Below, in pieces: positions 50,390 to 63,628 of a DNA stretch of 64,000 bases (position 1 is the first letter of the stretch; every line of letters starts with the position of its first letter). The notes below the pieces were generated by a model, which did no database searches, was not told the origin of the DNA, and saw only the letters and a list, made by a program, of their open reading frames with translations. The position numbers and the translations under genes were made by a program. This DNA is from Octopus bimaculoides (taxonomy: Eukaryota). The DNA lies in the NCBI RefSeq assembly GCF_001194135.2, contig NC_068996.1, positions 8,099,381 through 8,163,380 of the forward strand, read 5' to 3'.

Positions 50390-51669
50390 AATATTAACAA
50401 GTGATGTAAGAGCACTGCTAACACAGTAGAACACCATATTGACTTATAAAAACGTTTAATATAATTTGTAGCATGTTAAGGTTGCATAATGAAATACGGT
50501 GTCCCTACAGGTATTAATTTAAAATTAACCAATAATAATCCACTTCACAACACTAAATGTCACAAGGAAAAATGACTGCAATATCTAACTGTGACTCTTT
50601 ACATTCTCCACTTAAAATTCCACTGATGTCAACTTCGTCTTTCATCTTTCCAGGATTGATGAAATAAAGTGCCGGTAAAGTATTGGGGTTGATTTAATAT
50701 TCCTAAAAAGCCTCCTAACTGTGAATGGGATCATAATAAAAGGATACTATTTGTATAATTCCTATGTGTTCTACACATGTTATATGAATCAATTTGGAAG
50801 CTGTTACCCAAATTTACTTCAAATTATTCCCTACCACCTAACAAGGAATGAAAATATTAGAAAATATAGCCTTAGATACACTGTTTCTGAGAGAGAGAAA
50901 GGGAGAGATTGTGGCAAGAATACCCTTGATCTTCAGTTTGTTTGATCAGGGCTAATTTGAAGCTCCAAACAATTTGTTCGAATTATGCAGTTGTACTGAA
51001 TATTATGACCAAAAGAGACTTTTGATATTTTTGGATGTTAATCATGCTGGGTAGGATTTAGAACTTCATAGCTTCATGACGGTTCCTTTAATTGCAAGAG
51101 AATGCTTTGTGTTTTATGGTAATTGTTTTTAATCAAAGTGAGCGAGAATTTGTGAAAATCATTATTGGTTCATACGTAGAAATATTATTGATGATATATG
51201 TAAACATATTGATTAGTTATTGTTCAGCTCTGGTTCAGCCTTTATTGGGCAGATCTATGACCAAAGCTTTCAATGTAATTGACCTGTCTTGTTTTCAGGA
51301 ATGGTGTATGTAGGACTATGTCATTCAAAGTGCTCTTTGTTCTTATTTTTCTTTGTAAGATGATGGTAAGGTGAAGTTTGAGGGAAATTCAGCTTCTATT
51401 TCTAGCAGGTATAGCAACCGCATAAAAGTTTCTTTGACAGTGCGTAGTATTGATTAATATGATTAGTTTCTGTCATTAGATAGGGGCCACGCTGGAGCAC
51501 TGCTTTGAAGGACTTTAGTTGAACAAATTGACTCAAATACTTAAGTTTTTCTTTTAAGTCTGGTCCTTATTCTATTGGTCCTTTTTTTTTGTTGAACTGC
51601 CAAGTCATAGAGACATAAGCACACCAACACTGGTTATCAAGTAGTGGTGGTGGTGGGAGGACAAACAAA

Positions 51670-51708
<39 letters not shown>

Positions 51709-52084
51709 GCTTCGTTCAGTTCCTGTATACCAAATCCATTCGCAGGGCTTTGTTCATAATTGAAGAAAACTAATATTGGTGATATTTAGAANNNNNNNNN
51801 NNNNNNNNNNNNNNNNNNNNNNNNNNNNNNNNNNNNNNNNNNNNNGGGGTATTGCATTGCAATATTTATTCTCTGTCATATTTATATTTTCAAGTTCAAA
51901 TCCTGCCTGGGTTGACTTAGTCTTTTTGTCTTCCTAGTAGTTGTCAAAATAAGTGCCAAATCATACACTGGAGTTCGTTCCAATTGACTGTGATATCTTT
52001 TCTGTTTCAGGATTCAATTTGTTATAGCTTTAATACTGAGTATGTGTAATATCCTTTCTACAAATTTTAGTCAGTCTGTGGCAC

Positions 52085-52405
52085 GTGAAAAGACATTTGA
52101 GCGAAATCGTTGCCAATTCCGCTGGACTGGCTCCTGTGCAGGTGGCATGTAAAATACACCATTTCGAGCGTGGCCGTTGCCAGTACCGCCTGACTGGCCT
52201 TCATGCCGGGTGGCATGTAAAAGCACCCACTACACTCTCGGAGTGGTTGGCATTAGGAAGGACATCCAGCTGTAGAAACCCTGCCAGATCAGATTGGAGC
52301 CTGGTGTAGCCATCTGGTTTCACCAGTCCTCAGTCAAATCGTCCAACCCATGCTAGCATGGAAAGCGGACGTTACACGATGATGATTATGATGATGATGA
52401 TGATG
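52085..52405 (+). mobile_element. Longest family C copy, with internal ~75-bp tandem duplication and (GAT)n tail
   Basis: Two GTTGCCA.T.CCGC..GACTGGC...GGTGGCATGTAAAA units, then GGTTGGCATTAGGAAGGACATCCAGCTGTAG..GCGGACGTTACACGATGATG. Confidence 0.9.
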
Positions 52406-52499
52406 TGGAGATTAGTTAAAATGTTGAAAAGGAAAAAGAAGTTGAATTAGTTTGAAGGAAGAGGCTGGGGATACTTACAGACTCTGTCAAACATGTGCA

Positions 52500-52790
52500 A
52501 CTCAGTGGCCCATCATTCCTGGGAGGGTCATGAGGGAAGAGTCTTCAGGCATCTCTTTCATCCTTCAAAGGGTTTTATCAGAAGCAGCAATCATTACACC
52601 TTCCAAATAGATTCCCGAGTTTGACCAACTGAGACTATGGATGTCATCTGACCATCTCGTTCTCGGTCTACCAATAGGTTTCCTGCTGGATGGCTCAGCT
52701 TGATGAATTCGTCTTACAATTCTTTCTTGCAACATTCTAATTACATGTCCATAGAACCAGAGCTGTGACCTCTCAATATGAAGAAGTAGT
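52500..52790 (-). mobile_element. RTE-clade LINE 3' ORF end
   Basis: LLHIERSQLWFYGHVIRMLQERIVRRIHQAEPSSRKPIGRPRTRWSDDIHSLSWS matches the IE..QLRW.GHV.RM...GRPR.RW.D RTE C-terminus. Confidence 0.85.
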
Positions 52791-53138
52791 GGCTTGCTGG
52801 AAGGGAGGACTAAGTTTAGGGGCTAAGGCAGGGCCCAGGGAGAGGTGAATGTGGGCAAGTGTACACAATATGAAGAGCAAGAGAAAGGACAATGAAGGTG
52901 GTGGGCCAAATAAGTGAGGAGTTCCTGAATGAAGGTAGTATAAGCCAACCAGTACCATTTAACAGAGGTTACTGTTGTAGCAGCAGAAATGGTAAAAAGG
53001 AGAGATGGGTCAGAGGTTGGAGTATGTTGGTAAGCATGAGAAGTGTGCAGAAATCATTAAAAGGTTAACTAGAAGTACATATATGGCGAGGAAGAAACAA
53101 ACAATATTAGTCAATGGCTGTCTTTGTTTTTTCTTTAG

Positions 53139-53165
53139 GTATAAGGTTACAGGATACACCACTGG
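53139..53165 (+). other. Candidate 27-nt microexon
   Basis: tgtctttgttttttctttag|GTATAAGGTTACAGGATACACCACTGG|gtaagc. Length is a multiple of 3; open in two frames. Confidence 0.4.
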
Positions 53166-53250
53166 GTAAGCTTCAGTTTTATTAAGACCCTCTCAGTGTA
53201 CTTGCTGAAGTAATGTAAGTAAATGTACATGCTTGTACATTGGTATGTAC

Positions 53251-53590
53251 AAGGCTCAGTGGTAAGAACATCGGACTCACAATCATGAAGTAGTGAGTTC
53301 AATTCCCGGACCAGGTTGTGTCTTGTATACTTGAGTAAGACACTTTATTTCACGTTGTTCCGGTTCACTCAGCTGTAGAAATGAGTTGTGACCTCACACT
53401 GATGCCAAGCTGTATTGATTTTTGCTTTTCCCTTGGATAACATCAGTGGTGTGGAGAGGCCGGTATGCATGGGTGACTGCTGGTCTTCCATTAGCAACCT
53501 TGCCTGGATTTGTGTCTCAGAGGTGAATTAATTTTCTAGGTGCAATCTCATAGTCATTCATGACTGAAGGGAGCCTTTTCCCTTTTACCC
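53251..53590 (+). mobile_element. Full-length SINE family D (tRNA-like head)
   Basis: A-box-like GGCTCAGTGG, B-box-like GAGTTCAATTCC, then TTGAGTAAGACACTTTATTTCACG..; copies at 27570 and 48050. Confidence 0.88.
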
Positions 53591-55992
53591 CTGTACATTG
53601 GTAAATCATCATCAACATTTAACATCTGTTTTCCATGCTAGCATGGGTTGGATGACTTGACAAGAACTGGTAAGGCCAGGGACGACAGCAGGTTCCATAG
53701 TCTGTTTTGGCTTGGTTTCTATGGCTGGATACCCTTCCTAACACCAACCACTCCACAGAATGTACAGAGTGATTTTTATGTGCCACCATCATATGGACTT
53801 TTTAAGTGGCATCATCATCAGTGCTTTTTACATGGCACCTTGGTTTTCAGATCTAATGTAATTTTAGGATTAATCTAATTAGCTAATGCTGGAGAAAGTA
53901 TGGGCAATGGAGTTGCGAATCACACACTTAATGGATTCGACTTTGTTCTTCATCCTTCCAAGGTCAATAAAATAAAAGTGTATTAGGGTTGATTAATTTG
54001 ACCAATCCTTTCACCCCAAATTTGTCGCCTTGAATCAGCCAATATTAGAAATCAATATTTTGAACAATAAGGAACGAAAACCTAATCTGCAAATGAGAAC
54101 TTGCCTGAAAATACAAGCGAATGATTGTTTTTGTTTTTGTTTTTATTTTTGTTCTTCATTGTAACCAATGCTTTTCTGCAGCTGGTATTGATTAATTTAC
54201 ATTCGTAATTTTTGTTAACTAAGGTAACTTGAATATAGACTGTATGTAATATAGATTTTGAAATTAATGAAAACGTCACCATAAAAAATGCTGCATAATC
54301 TCTGCAGGTTAACTTAGAGAGAAAGAGAGCGAGAGAAAGAGAGAGAGAAAGAGAAAAAATATATGCCGTGTTGTGTGTGTATGTGTTCAGCAACTATATC
54401 AGTATGTTTATCTAAAAAGCACTTCTTCTCCCTCTACACAGACATCATCATCATCGTTTAATATCTGTTTTCCATGCTGGCATGGCTTGGATGGTTTGAC
54501 AGGAGCTGTCCAGACTCCAATTGTCCATTGTGTCATTATTTCTATGGCTGGATGCCCTTCCTAATGCCAACCACTTTACAGTGTGAAGAGCTACCAAATC
54601 CACTCACAAGGCTTTGGTCAGCCCGAGGCTATAGCGAAAGACACTTGCCCAAGGTGCCACACAGTGGGACTGAACCCGGAACCATTTGGTTGGTAAGCAA
54701 GCTACTTACCACACAGCCACTCCTGTGCCTATGCATAAATCTCTAAATATATATGTATGCAAGCATACACCTATGTGTATATAAGCATGAAGCTGCATGC
54801 ACATGTACATATATATATATGTGTGTGTGTGTGGATATGTGTATATGTATGAGTATGTAAATTCACATATATGTTTGTGTGTGTATGTGCATGTACATGT
54901 TTGTGTGAGTGTGTACGTATGTAGACGTTATGAACACAGGAGGTTTTATGTCTATGCATTGTAAGAATATGGTTGCGTGTATTTTTAATCTTTTATGTTT
55001 TATCCTACCTATTAGAGTAACTTCTCTTTTATTCAACAGTTTTTCATAGCATCTATTAACATTAATAGTCAATTAGAATGCATCATAGCTCTTAGCTCCG
55101 GCATTTGAAACTCCGAGTACTATTATGACAACTTACTGATTATCCTAATCTATACATGTGTACACACACACACATATATATATATATATGTTTGTGTGTG
55201 TTTTTGTGTCTAGATTTGTCCTCCCGCCATTGCTTGACAACTGATGTTGGTGTGTTTACATCCCCATAACTCAGCGGTTTGGCAAAAGTGACTAGTACTA
55301 GGCTTACAAAGAATAAGTTCTGGGGGCAATTCTGTTGACTAAAAAACCCCTTAAGGTGGTGCCCCAGCATGACTGCAGTCACATGACTGGGAAAAGTAAA
55401 AGAATGAAAGAATATGATTGACTATAACAATGGTTGCCTTAACATGGCTACATTCCAATGACTGAAACCGGTAAAAGCAATACATTTGGTGGAAAACCAA
55501 TGAAGTCCTAAGCCGTGCTTCATTGATATCTCCTAGAGGTACAACACAGACTTTCTGGACAAGGGTAATCCAGAATCTGTTAATCTTTAATCCTTTAATT
55601 CTTTCAGTCATTAGACTGGTGGCCATGCTGAGGCACTGCCTTGAAAAGTTTATAGTCAAATGTATCAACCCCAGTACTTTTTTTTAAAGCCAAGTACTTA
55701 TTCTATCGATCTCTTTTGCTGAACTGCTAAGTTACAGGGATGTAAACACTCCAACACCGGTTGTCTTGTGGGGGTGGGGTTAGGGACAAACACAGACACG
55801 CACACATAAATATGTACAGTGGGCCTAAGTTTAATAGTTGTTTAATTTAGAGTGTGTTGACCAAGGTTATCACTTCTGGTTGGAAGAATTAATAATCCAA
55901 AGTGGCTTTGAGATGAAAGGTTTTGGAAAATTGATGCAACCATATGTAGCTTTTATGTTGCTATTCATTTCTTTTATTGACCTGTCAAAACA

Positions 55993-56285
55993 GTACCGAT
56001 GCCAATGAAAACTGAAGATAGCAATATTTTAACAGCAGTTTTGAACCGTTGGACTGAACACTACTTCCAGAATCTACTGAACAGAATACGAATTACCTGT
56101 GTTGATCTTCCCGTGTCTCCAAAATAGCCATAGGGGTCAGTGCCTCCAACTCTCAAAAAACTGGACACTGCTATCAGCTAAGCATGTGACAACAAAGTTC
56201 TTGGTCTTGATTCTGTTCCTGCAGAACAGTAAAACAAGGAGGAAGATCCTTGGAAGTTTGTCTCCATCAATAATTCTATGAATAT
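55993..56285 (+). mobile_element. RTE-clade LINE fragment (endonuclease-RT linker)
   Basis: PMKTEDSNILTAVLNRWTEHYFQNLLNR..VPPTLKKLDTAIS*ACDNKVLGLDSVPAE resembles RW.EHF..LLN..PPT.EEV..AI...NKAPG.D.IPAE; internal stops. Confidence 0.8.
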
Positions 56286-57327
56286 AGGAATAATGATATA
56301 ACTTCAGCTTTCTTTAAAGTTGTCTTTATAGTGACCATCTTAAAAAACAAAAATAAAATGATAACTTGAAGGTATGTGGAAATAAGAGATCTCTCTATTA
56401 TCATTAGCTGGCAAGATCTTATTTGGAATTCATATAAATTGACTCAAATAACTTTTGAAAAATATTGGAGGCCCAATATTGTTTCCATCCTTGATGTGGC
56501 ATGACTGACATAATTCTTATAACCTGACAATTTCAAAAGGGAAGAAAACAACAAAACTTAGTCCTTTTCATCTGTGATCTGGTTATGAAAACCCACCTTA
56601 TGGAAATCATAGTCATTATTACGAGGGGATTAAGTAAACCAGATAGACTAATTTACATATATAATGCATTCTTTAGTTGCTAGTTAATAATAAATTAATA
56701 AAGCATATAGTGTTTTCAGCGCTATACTCAACTACAGAATAAATCTATAAATTTCTCACCAACAAGATGTCTGTACAAAATTTTTATGGATGGAAAATGA
56801 TTATCATCTATTTGTCTGACTATACATTGAGCTAGCTAGCTAAACATCCATCTAGCTGGCTAGTTAGACATTCGTCTTTCTAGCTAGTTAGCCAGATGTA
56901 AAAATCATAGCTATTTAGCTAGTTAAGTGAATGTAAAAATGATTGCCCGATAGCTGTCATTTCCATGTCTGTTTTTCCAAGCTTGTTCGGATTGGATGTG
57001 AAGGTTCCTTTGCACAGCAGCTTGCCTTTTGATGAAGTTCTTTGTCATCCCTTTTGTGAAGTTCAGCCTCCTGAGATTAGCTTTCTCATTCTTTGTTCTT
57101 ACTTGGTTCATTCCACAAGGGTTTATTATTATCACCTCTTTATCTGACTGTTGTCCTCCATGCGCATTACATATCTGTACCAGAGAGTAGACTATGCTGG
57201 TGCATATCTGCATATCTTGCGTAGTCTTCTCTTTGGCATACTGCAACATATAGCCCACTTTTATTTCTCAGCTCATTTGTGTTCTGTCGTTGACATATGC
57301 TAAGTGCTACACATTCAGCTGAACATA

Positions 57328-57364
<37 letters not shown>

Positions 57365-57969
57365 ATTCATATGTTTGTTTTTCAAAACAAAAAAAATATC
57401 ATATATAAATCCGGTTTTATCCTTTATTTATGCTTAGGAATGTTTTGCAATGTGGCAATGAGGCTCTCTCTCTTGTTAGCCTCTCTCAAGTACCAGTCAG
57501 TAGCAACAGCGATGGGAAAAAGATGTATGAAAGATATACAAAACATTATGTTCCCAAAATACAAAACGCATGCCACTAGCTATTGTAAAACCTCAGACCG
57601 TGTTAGACATGAAAAAAAGCAAAAATATAAAAAAGACCTTTGTTTCATTGACACTAAATATTATCTTCTAAATCCAAGATGATATATATTAAGCCTCTTA
57701 AGACAATGGTACACTGGTCTGGAACTATTCTTAGGTTGGAAAACATTCTCCTCCTACTCTCACTTCCACTCTTCCTTTTACTCCCTCCTTGTCATCGTTG
57801 TCATTTTCATCATCTTCATTATAACCATCTTTAAAACAAAACATACTTAGGCTTGTTTAATAATTATTTTGTGGGGAGCCTACAGATGTTTCTCCAATTG
57901 AAGAATACATTGCTTGGCATTTAGTTATATTATTTGCTGATGAAGTAGTGAATATATGAATATCATGTA

Positions 57970-58020
<51 letters not shown>

Positions 58021-58166
58021 TTGGTGATACAAACAAGAAAACAAACACAAAATATAAGTATATACTTTTCTTTTAATAATTGGCAGAAGTTACAAAGTGA
58101 CTCAAAGACTAAGAGTTTCATGCATTGGAAGTTATCAAACTCATATACCATGTATAAGTGTGTATG

Positions 58167-58197
<31 letters not shown>

Positions 58198-58237
58198 GGA
58201 GGGAGAGGGAGAGAGAGGGAGGGAGAGAGAGAAGGAG

Positions 58238-58375
58238 GTGCAGGCGTGACTGTGTAGTAAGAAGCTTGCTTACCAACCACATGGTTCTAAATTCAGTCCC
58301 ATCATGTGGCACCTTGGGCCAACTAAAGCTTTGTGAGTGGATTTGGTAGATGGAAACTGAAAGAAGCTCATCCTG

Positions 58376-58414
<39 letters not shown>

Positions 58415-58652
58415 NNNNNNNNNNNNNNNNNNNNNNNNNNNNNNNNNNNNNNNNNNNNNNNNNNNNNNNNNNNNNNNNNNNNNNNNNNNNNNNNNNNNNN
58501 NNNNNNNNNNNNNNNNNNNNNNNNNNNNNNNNNNNNNNNNNNNNNNNNNNNNNNNNNNNNNNNNNNNNNNNNNNNNNNNNNNNNNNNNNNNNNNNNNNNN
58601 NNNNNNNNNNNNNNNNNNNNNNNNNNNNNNNNNNNNNNNNNNNNNNNNNNNN

Positions 58653-58688
<36 letters not shown>

Positions 58689-59075
58689 GCAAATGGAATG
58701 CATTGAAATAATAGCTGATACAATGTAACTCATGCCTACACTGAGTCAGCTGTTATATTTTTTGTCTTGTGCTTATTTTATCAGCCTCTTTTGCTGAACT
58801 GCCAAGTCATGAGGGACATAAACAAACCAACAATGGTTATAAAGCAAGGGTGGTGGAAGGGAATAAACACACACAAACACACACACAAACACACACACAC
58901 ACACACACACACACAAAACAGGCTTTCACTTAGTTTCCATCTACCAAATTCACTCACAAGGCTTTAGTTGTCCTGGGGCTGTAGTAGAAGACACTGGTTC
59001 AAGGCGCCACATGTTGGATTTGAACTGAAACCACATGGTTGGAAAGCAAGCTTCTTAACTACACAGCCATGCCCG
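58238..59075. mobile_element. Convergent SINE A pair: head (+, 58238-58380) and copy (-, 58760-59075)
   Basis: GTGAGTGGATTTGGTAGATGGAAACTGAAAG versus GTTTCCATCTACCAAATTCACTCAC. Confidence 0.8.
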
Positions 59076-59148
59076 CACAAAATTTGCCAATGTCTTACAG
59101 CACGAGGGTCAGAGACGAGGGGTACTCTGGATTGTTGGACAGTATATC

Positions 59149-59376
59149 AGAGAGAATCGAGATGTTGCAGGTGAGAAGTGTATACAGATGGATAATGGTG
59201 TGCTTGCACTTAGTGATACTGAAAAGAAAGAGGCATGGAAGTGATACTTTTGAAGGTTATTAAATGCAGAGATTGCATGGGAGAAAGGTAGTCTCCCCCA
59301 TGTGAACCCAACAGAGGGACCAGCTATCCTAGTTGACAACAGTATGACAGGTAAAGCATTCAACGATATGAAGACA
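59149..59376 (+). mobile_element. RTE-clade LINE fragment (linker before RT)
   Basis: RENRDVAGEKCIQMDNGVLALSDTEKKEAWK*YF*RLLNAEIAWEKGSLPHVNPTEGPAILVDNSMTGKAFNDMKT in one frame with two stops. Confidence 0.82.
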
Positions 59377-59549
59377 GATTTCACATGGTTTTTATGGCTG
59401 GATGCTCTTCCTAAAATCAAACACCTTACCGAGGGGACCGCATGCTTTTTCCATGTCATTGGCACTAGTGAGGATGCCATGTAAACTTGCAAGACAAAGA
59501 AAAGAACAAGGCAAAAGAAAAAGGTCCCACAATTAATAAATAAAATCTG

Positions 59550-59675
<126 letters not shown>

Positions 59676-61134
59676 CTTCTCGATGTCATTATCATAGTTG
59701 TAAATGACTGTCATTGTCATACAACCTGTATCATTCATTTTCTCTATTCATCAAGATGTCTGGTAATGGGAAAATATTACCTTGCTTGGAAACTGGTGAA
59801 AACCTGCTTCAATAAACTTCAATTAATGCATGAAAGAGTGAAACAGTAAATGTTATAATGATGATGATATATGTGTGTATATATTTGTGTGTGTGTGTGT
59901 GTGTGTGTGTGTGACTATGTATATATGTGTGTGTGTGTGTGTATACCTATGTGTCTATACATATGTGTGTATATGTGTATATATGTGTGTGTCTATACAA
60001 TATAATTAATAAAAATGATAGAGTAAATTTTCCACGGGGAGGAGATGGTAGTGGAAAGTCCACCATTTCCCTTTTTCAAGGGAAAATTGAAAAGAGAGAA
60101 ATAACTGAAAGACAGCTGAGTTTTATATCCTTTAGATTTAAAAAAAAAATGAAAGGAAGAAAAAAAACAACTGGCTGCAACTGATGAAGAACACAAGATC
60201 ACGCGAGCTTCATACTTGAACAAAAAGCTGTAGGAGAAACAGTTTGAGAAGGAAGAAGGAAAGAGTAATGAAATGAGAACAAGTAGGCAAAGTAAGGGTT
60301 TAATGAACTAAGTGTAGGAGAAGGAAAAATATTCAGTTAAACCTGTCAATGACATGTGATCGAGTTTGAATATAAAGTGTTGTTCCCTCTGTCTCCTTGT
60401 GCATGTGGATTGATTGTCTGTGGAGATGCTGTACACTGATAAATAAGTGATGAAATGGCCTGTAGTGTTGAAGTGCATTTGGGTATTCTCCGAATGTGCT
60501 CTGGAGAGCATACTGCTGTGTATCAGACTTATAAAAAAAATTATTGCTCGAGTTGATTTCTTCAGCTAAACCATCCAAGTCGGTGCCCCAGCATGGCCGC
60601 AGTCCAATGACTGAAACAAGTAAAAGAGTAAAAGAATAAGGATATAATTGTATTCTATGCATACCACAGAAGGGCTGAAATAAATTTTTATATATATGTG
60701 TGTGTGTGTTTATCTATGTGTGTATATGGTTGTATGTTCATATGTGTGCATGTGTTTACATTTAGACTGTAACTTAGAAGCATTGAGCAATGTGATTGTC
60801 AGTTGCTTTTATGAAGTTATTTGAGCGCAAATGTATAAAAGAATGTTAAAAACGATAGCCCATAATATACTGGGCAAAAAATGACCAATATATTGTGAGC
60901 TATTATTTATAGTCACAGTCGCATTCAAGCAACTTTATGAAAGACGCAATCGTTTCTCAATCCTTCTAAAGTATGATGAAAAATCTAAGCAAACTTATTT
61001 TCTTGCTTTGCATGATTAAGACTTATTTTGGCAGTAGAAAGTTGGTCAAGTTGCTTTGGTGTAACAGTATCCTTGCATTTGAATAATTCCATGAAAGGGA
61101 TTTATGCACACACACACATACACACACCTGCATT

Positions 61135-61500
61135 GTCATCATCATCATCACCATCATCATCGTTTAATGTCTGCCTTCCATGCTGGCATGGGTTGGACAG
61201 TTTAATAGGAGCTAGCCAGGCAGAGGCCTGCACCATACTTGTGTGTCTGTTTTGGCATGGTTTTTATGGCTGGATGCCCTTCCAAATGCCAAGCACTTAA
61301 CAGTGTGGACTGGATGCTTTTTACATGGCACCAACACTGGCAGGGTCTCCAAGTAACTTGTAAGACAAAGATCCCTTGAGAGGGGAGGAGGCACTGGAGG
61401 AGGTGATCTTGTGTCAGATGATGAAAGGTTAGTGTGTGACAGAGAGACAGAAACAGATTTCTTTGCTGTAGAGGAGGTACATGGTTACCTGGCCAGAGAG
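61135..61500 (-). mobile_element. Family C copy with extended body
   Basis: (CAT)nCGTTTAATGTCTGCCTTCCATGCTGGCATGGGTTGG..GCTGGATGCCCTTCCAAATGCCAAG. Confidence 0.8.
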
Positions 61501-62974
61501 AGAGAGAGAGAGAGTGAGGGACAGTTTCCTTCTACTTAAGTTTATTTAGAAGGTATTGATCTTGGAACTTAGAACCATATGATTGCAAAGCAAATTTCTT
61601 AACCACTCAGCCATGTCTGCCTGATCCCTATCCTTTCTACATTCCTTTTTCACCTTTAACCTAGGTTAAAGTCATAACCTATTTTACCTGTTTTTCGTAT
61701 TCTCTTTGAACTGCTTCTGTTGTCCTCCTTGCATGTGCTCTCCTTTCTTTAGCTAGGAATAAACTGGTTAGCTTGGGTAACTGATGGTCTGTAGTTCACC
61801 ATTTATATAACTTTTTTGTGAACCTTTCTACTTTTACAGTTTATGAGCCAACAAGTGAGATTCCACACAGGTGCATACCCTTCGAGAAGTCTCCCCTCAT
61901 GATACCTTACTATTTTTTGATAATGGACAAGGATACATTGAATAATGTGGTCTCGAGTTCATTGTACTTCAGAAAAAGACAGTGCTGGAAAGGTTTTGCC
62001 CATAGTTCTGCCCAATCAGAGCATGTTTGAGCTTAAACCACAAAACGACAGTCTTTGTTGTTGAGCTTGAAATATTCTGGAGATGGTTACCCAACTCTTA
62101 TAAGCATTGCATATCTTTGACTACACTATCAAGTGTATCCCTCTTTGCTAAAGGCATTAGGGTATAATTTGGAGATTTTGGGTGCTATTTCTATCAGCTT
62201 GAGTGGTTCAGTAGAGGCTCATTTGATGAATGTGAAGTATTTTTAGTTTTATTTGTCCCTTTTCATGGTCAGTAAAGTAAAATATCTTACCATCTCTGAG
62301 GGTCACCCCATCTTCAAAATCCTGTAAAAGATCAATGATATTGCCCTTCTAAGTCATTTTTATGATTTAGTCATAAAGAAGTTGTTTTTATGACTTAGTC
62401 ATAAGGAAATCCCTAAAAATTCTAGAAATCGATTATTAAAACACAATAATACAAGATTTTAGCATTTAAGGTTTTTTTTCGCTGCTATTTCTATTGTTTA
62501 ACTTTCAGGTTTGTTATTACACAGGCACATGATCATGGCCAACTTGGTCATTTGTACATCAAGGACTACTTTCTATAAAAGTATCCTTTTCCAAAGCTGG
62601 AGGGAGTGTTTGAGGAAGTTATGCTGCTTTTTATAACAGTTTGAGTGGTTGCAAAATAGCTTTTATGATGACTTGATTGTAATGTTTAAGCAGCTGTGGA
62701 ATAAATGTAATTTTAGATGCAATGTTACTAAATTGCAGATAGTTTTCCTGTTTTAGATTTCTTTGACTTGAGTTAACTTGAAATCTGTAGAATTTGATGT
62801 TTTGTTCTTTGACCCAAGGAAACTGCCTTCTTAAGTATGAACTCAGAAGCTGTTTATTTGCTGTCTACCTCCACTTGTCTGGCAGTTTCTTTTTCAGCAC
62901 TGATACCAAATTAAAATTTGTACTTTGCTTTCTTAAATCTTAAACTCCCACAATGTTAATCGATTATTGACCTA

Positions 62975-63325
62975 CTTCTCCATATTTGTATTAATTCCCA
63001 ACAACTGATAACTTGTTGACCAATCAGTGAGCTAGTTTTCCATTATCACATTCGTTTCCTGCAACTATTAACCTGGTGACCAATCACTGAACTACTTTTT
63101 CATATTCATATTAATTTCCTGTAACCATTAACCTCATGTTCAGTCAGTGAACTAATTTATCGTATTTATGTTTGCTGTGACTGTTAACTTGTTTAACCAA
63201 TCAGTGAATTAATTTCTCATGTTTATGTTAGTCCTTTGTGACCAATCAGTGAACTAGTTTTTTCTCTCCGTTTATATTAGTTTCCTGCAATTATTAACTT
63301 GTGGACCAAACAGTGAACTAGGTTT
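62975..63325 (+). repeat. Degenerate minisatellite, six 45-64-bp units with core GACCAATCAGTGAACTA
   Basis: Cores start at 63018, 63078, 63138, 63195, 63240 and 63304. Confidence 0.88.
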
Positions 63326-63628
63326 TTCCTTTCATTTTTTTTTTTCTGAAGTATTTCAACTTTCATCAAATTGTACTTTTTAATCCAGTTTTTGATGCCA
63401 TCCATTTTACCATTTCAAGTTGACCTTATTCTTTCCTGAACTGAACTAAACTCTGTAAAGACAACTTTTACAATAAATATAACTTTTAAACTTATTTCCC
63501 TCCCCTCTCGCTTATTGTGTCAAATCATAGCTAGTATTTAGTTTATACAAATATCTCCTAAGATAATAATAGTTCTTAGTTCTTCAAAGATAGGCTGTAT
63601 TGAAAAGATTCTCTGGAACATATATTTA

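Noticed and set aside
52310-52335. CTGAGGA...GAAA on the antisense strand of family C copies
   Set aside because: Only 5 nt separate the motifs, and CUGGU pairs with the downstream ACCAG, so hammerhead topology cannot form.
56923-57258. 111-aa minus ORF in non-repeat, slightly GC-richer sequence
   Set aside because: No motif recognised in any frame and no convincing splice pair; may be UTR or non-coding.
61818-62030. 70-aa ORF behind a strong acceptor (ctttctacttttacag)
   Set aside because: No recognisable protein; cannot be supported without RNA data.
62975-63325. CRISPR-like appearance of the repeat-spacer array
   Set aside because: Eukaryotic context, spacers are homologous to each other, repeats are degenerate, and no cas genes are present.
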